From Proteromonas lacertae (Eukaryota), in contig NGBS01001181.1 in assembly GCA_002245135.1 (NCBI GenBank), forward strand, positions 62,001 to 115,507: a DNA stretch of 53,507 nucleotides, read 5' to 3'. The position numbers and the translations under genes were made by a program. Below, in pieces: positions 51,601 to 53,507 of this stretch; position 1 is the stretch's first letter, and each line of letters begins with the position of its first letter. The notes below the pieces were generated by a model, which saw nothing but the letters and a program-made list of their open reading frames with translations, searched no databases and was not told the DNA's origin.

Positions 51601-53507
51601 AATCAATAGCTTGAAACCTTTTCTTCAATTTATATTCTTGATCAACAACTGCTTTTTTGAATAATTCATCAGAATATACTGATGTTACTAATACACTATT
51701 CACATACAATTTAGCCATTGTTCCATCATATGTAAAGAATAGATGAGTCCATTCATTATAAATGATTGTTGGACCAGTTAATGTGATTGTAGTTAAATGA
51801 ACAGCAGAAGTTAAATTACAACACCAAGTATCATTTTTTGAAGCATATAAACAATATCTACCAGTACATAATATAACTCTTTTAGTATTTCACCTCCTTT
51901 CACTTTAGCCCAACATTCCAAACTGAAACATGTATTATTATTCAAAGGATTTAAATTATCATTATATCTATAATCAATTCTTGTCTTATTAGCGGCGCTA
52001 AAACCAAATGCAACATTATTCTGTTGGGATATATTACACAATGTACAAGGTATTTGCTTAGCTACTCCTTGTGTTATATTACCCATCAATTGTGTTCCTG
52101 TTGGACCAACATTATGTGCAAACTTTGAACCAGCTAAATCATCTAATTTCCAATAACCGAATGGATGATCTGATAATACAACATCTGAATAAGAAGTAGT
52201 CTTCTTCTTCTCTGCCATTTTTTACTAATAACTTACCTTGTGCATATTCTAATAAATGAATACTGTGATATACTACTGGTAAACAACTATCAATATCAAC
52301 AACAGAAAATACAAAATTCTTTGGATTTTCTTCCAATGATTCTTCACATGTTCTAGTAATTGTAAATCCAAGACTGTCTAATAATGATAATATAAATATT
52401 AGTCAAATATGGCTCAATTATTTTAGTGATATTGATTGATTCTTTTACAGTTAATGATCCTGGTCCATTTTGAATCTAATGCTAGAGTTACTTCATTTTC
52501 CCACCATTCTTCACTTCCTTCACCACTTCCTGTAATTAAATTCAATATATAAACTAAAGTATCCTTTGCTGCATCTACATTTGGATTTCCTAAATGTAAA
52601 CATAATTCCCTTGTATAATGACGAATTAATTGTTTCACTGTTCTTATAATCATTTCAACTAACAATACAATTCTTACTTCTTCAGAGTTACTGTCATCTT
52701 CTACTTCACCTGCATAAATCTTTTGATTAAATGAATTTGCACTATCAATATGTTCATTAACAGTAATCATATCAGAAGTAAACACACTATTTGCAGAATC
52801 AGATATTGTATAGATATGGCCATTTACTTTTATCTATAAATAGAAATAAGTAATAATGATTACATATATATATATTTCACCTGGTTCTAATTCTAAAGTC
52901 AAATCACAAGTTGTTTTGAATTGTGTACTTTTAAATGAAGGAGTTACAGTTCCATCTAATTGTCTCCAGAATTGTTTTCTTAAGAATCCTAAGTGCCTCA
53001 TACTAATACCTCTTCTATGGAATTCATGAGTCCAATCTAATTCATATATATCTTGTCCTTTATGGCATAATTCATTAGCAAACTGTGGGAATAATTTCTT
53101 TGATTAATTTTCTTGTCAATTCACTAGTTACTTCATTATTCTCTTCAGTATCTGGAGCATCATGTGAAAAACCAGATAAACTATCAGATGATAATGGTTT
53201 TGAATAATCCTATACAAATAATAATTAATAATTAATAATATGAATGAATATACACAAACTAACTCAGGTCTTAAAAATCTCCAAAATATACTAACACCTC
53301 TTGGTTGTAATGGTAAATGAGGTGTTTCATATGGATCTTCTGGTGGTAATAATCTATTGAAATTTAACAAATAATATTCATTGTCAATTCCTTTATAACC
53401 TTCTAAATCAGCTGATAATGGAATATGTTTGATTGTCAAATCATGAATGCCTTTGACTATATGATCTTTCAAATTCAATTTCTTTGCTACAGAGAATAAT
53501 TTACCTG
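45896..53507 (-). repeat. Right arm of large inverted repeat (runs to the window end)
   Basis: Colinear reverse complement of 25802-33426. There is no net indel up to about 50900, then a net 13-nt loss by the window end. Confidence 0.97.
48843..53507 (-). CDS. Second, partial copy of the Clu/LamG/LRR gene (3' part); frameshifted beyond about 51100 (sequence error or pseudogene)
   Basis: The LRR ORFs are near-identical to 28354-30358; the upstream part is broken by single-base indels, mostly in homopolymers. Confidence 0.7.

Noticed and set aside
1..53507. Blastocystis-type stop codons created by polyadenylation (downstream TGTTTGTT), or stop-codon reassignment
   Set aside because: Every complete gene model ends in an encoded TAA/TAG/TGA. 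Only loose GT-rich tracts follow the stops, and long ORFs are open under the standard code.
25802..53507. Inverted arms as TIRs of a giant transposon or Polinton/virus, with PrimPol as cargo
   Set aside because: The arms consist of intron-containing host genes; no transposase, integrase or capsid gene was seen; PrimPol is the cellular, intron-containing type.
1..53507. rRNA, tRNA or CRISPR features
   Set aside because: None recognised; intergenic spaces are short and lack such structure.

Overview
Eukaryotic, very AT-rich, gene-dense DNA with many tiny GT-AG introns (about 24-52 nt, mostly GTAT...TAG), the standard genetic code and short intergenic gaps. The style suggests a Blastocystis/Proteromonas-like stramenopile, but this is inference only. 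The ORF track fragments the real genes; manual splicing gives about 14 genes. In order: two hypothetical genes (-); a tandem pair of D-2-hydroxyacid dehydrogenases; an intron-poor block (atypical HSP70, decayed paralogue fragment, SPRY-like + tandem Crinkler/RHS-type P-loop NTPase gene, orphan ValRS 3' fragment); a 2-TM Cys-rich protein; a USP16/45-like deubiquitinase; a composite REX4-like/dsRBD/FCP1-like/BRCT gene; a ~3000-aa MGxxxS/IQ/Clu/LamG/LRR gene; three divergent HSP110/HSP70-NBD genes with helical repeat tails; and PrimPol. The right half is a large inverted repeat (arms 25802-33426 and 45896->53507, 12.5-kb spacer). The most notable signal is that two unrelated genes are best explained by short non-canonical AT-AA introns (17970-18019 and 41879-41921). 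Both share a 5' ATATCTTTT and a TTCTTTAAY branch-like motif 7-8 nt from the 3' end, suggesting an AT-shifted U12 (minor spliceosome) intron class. All domain calls come from motif recognition by eye, not database searches.
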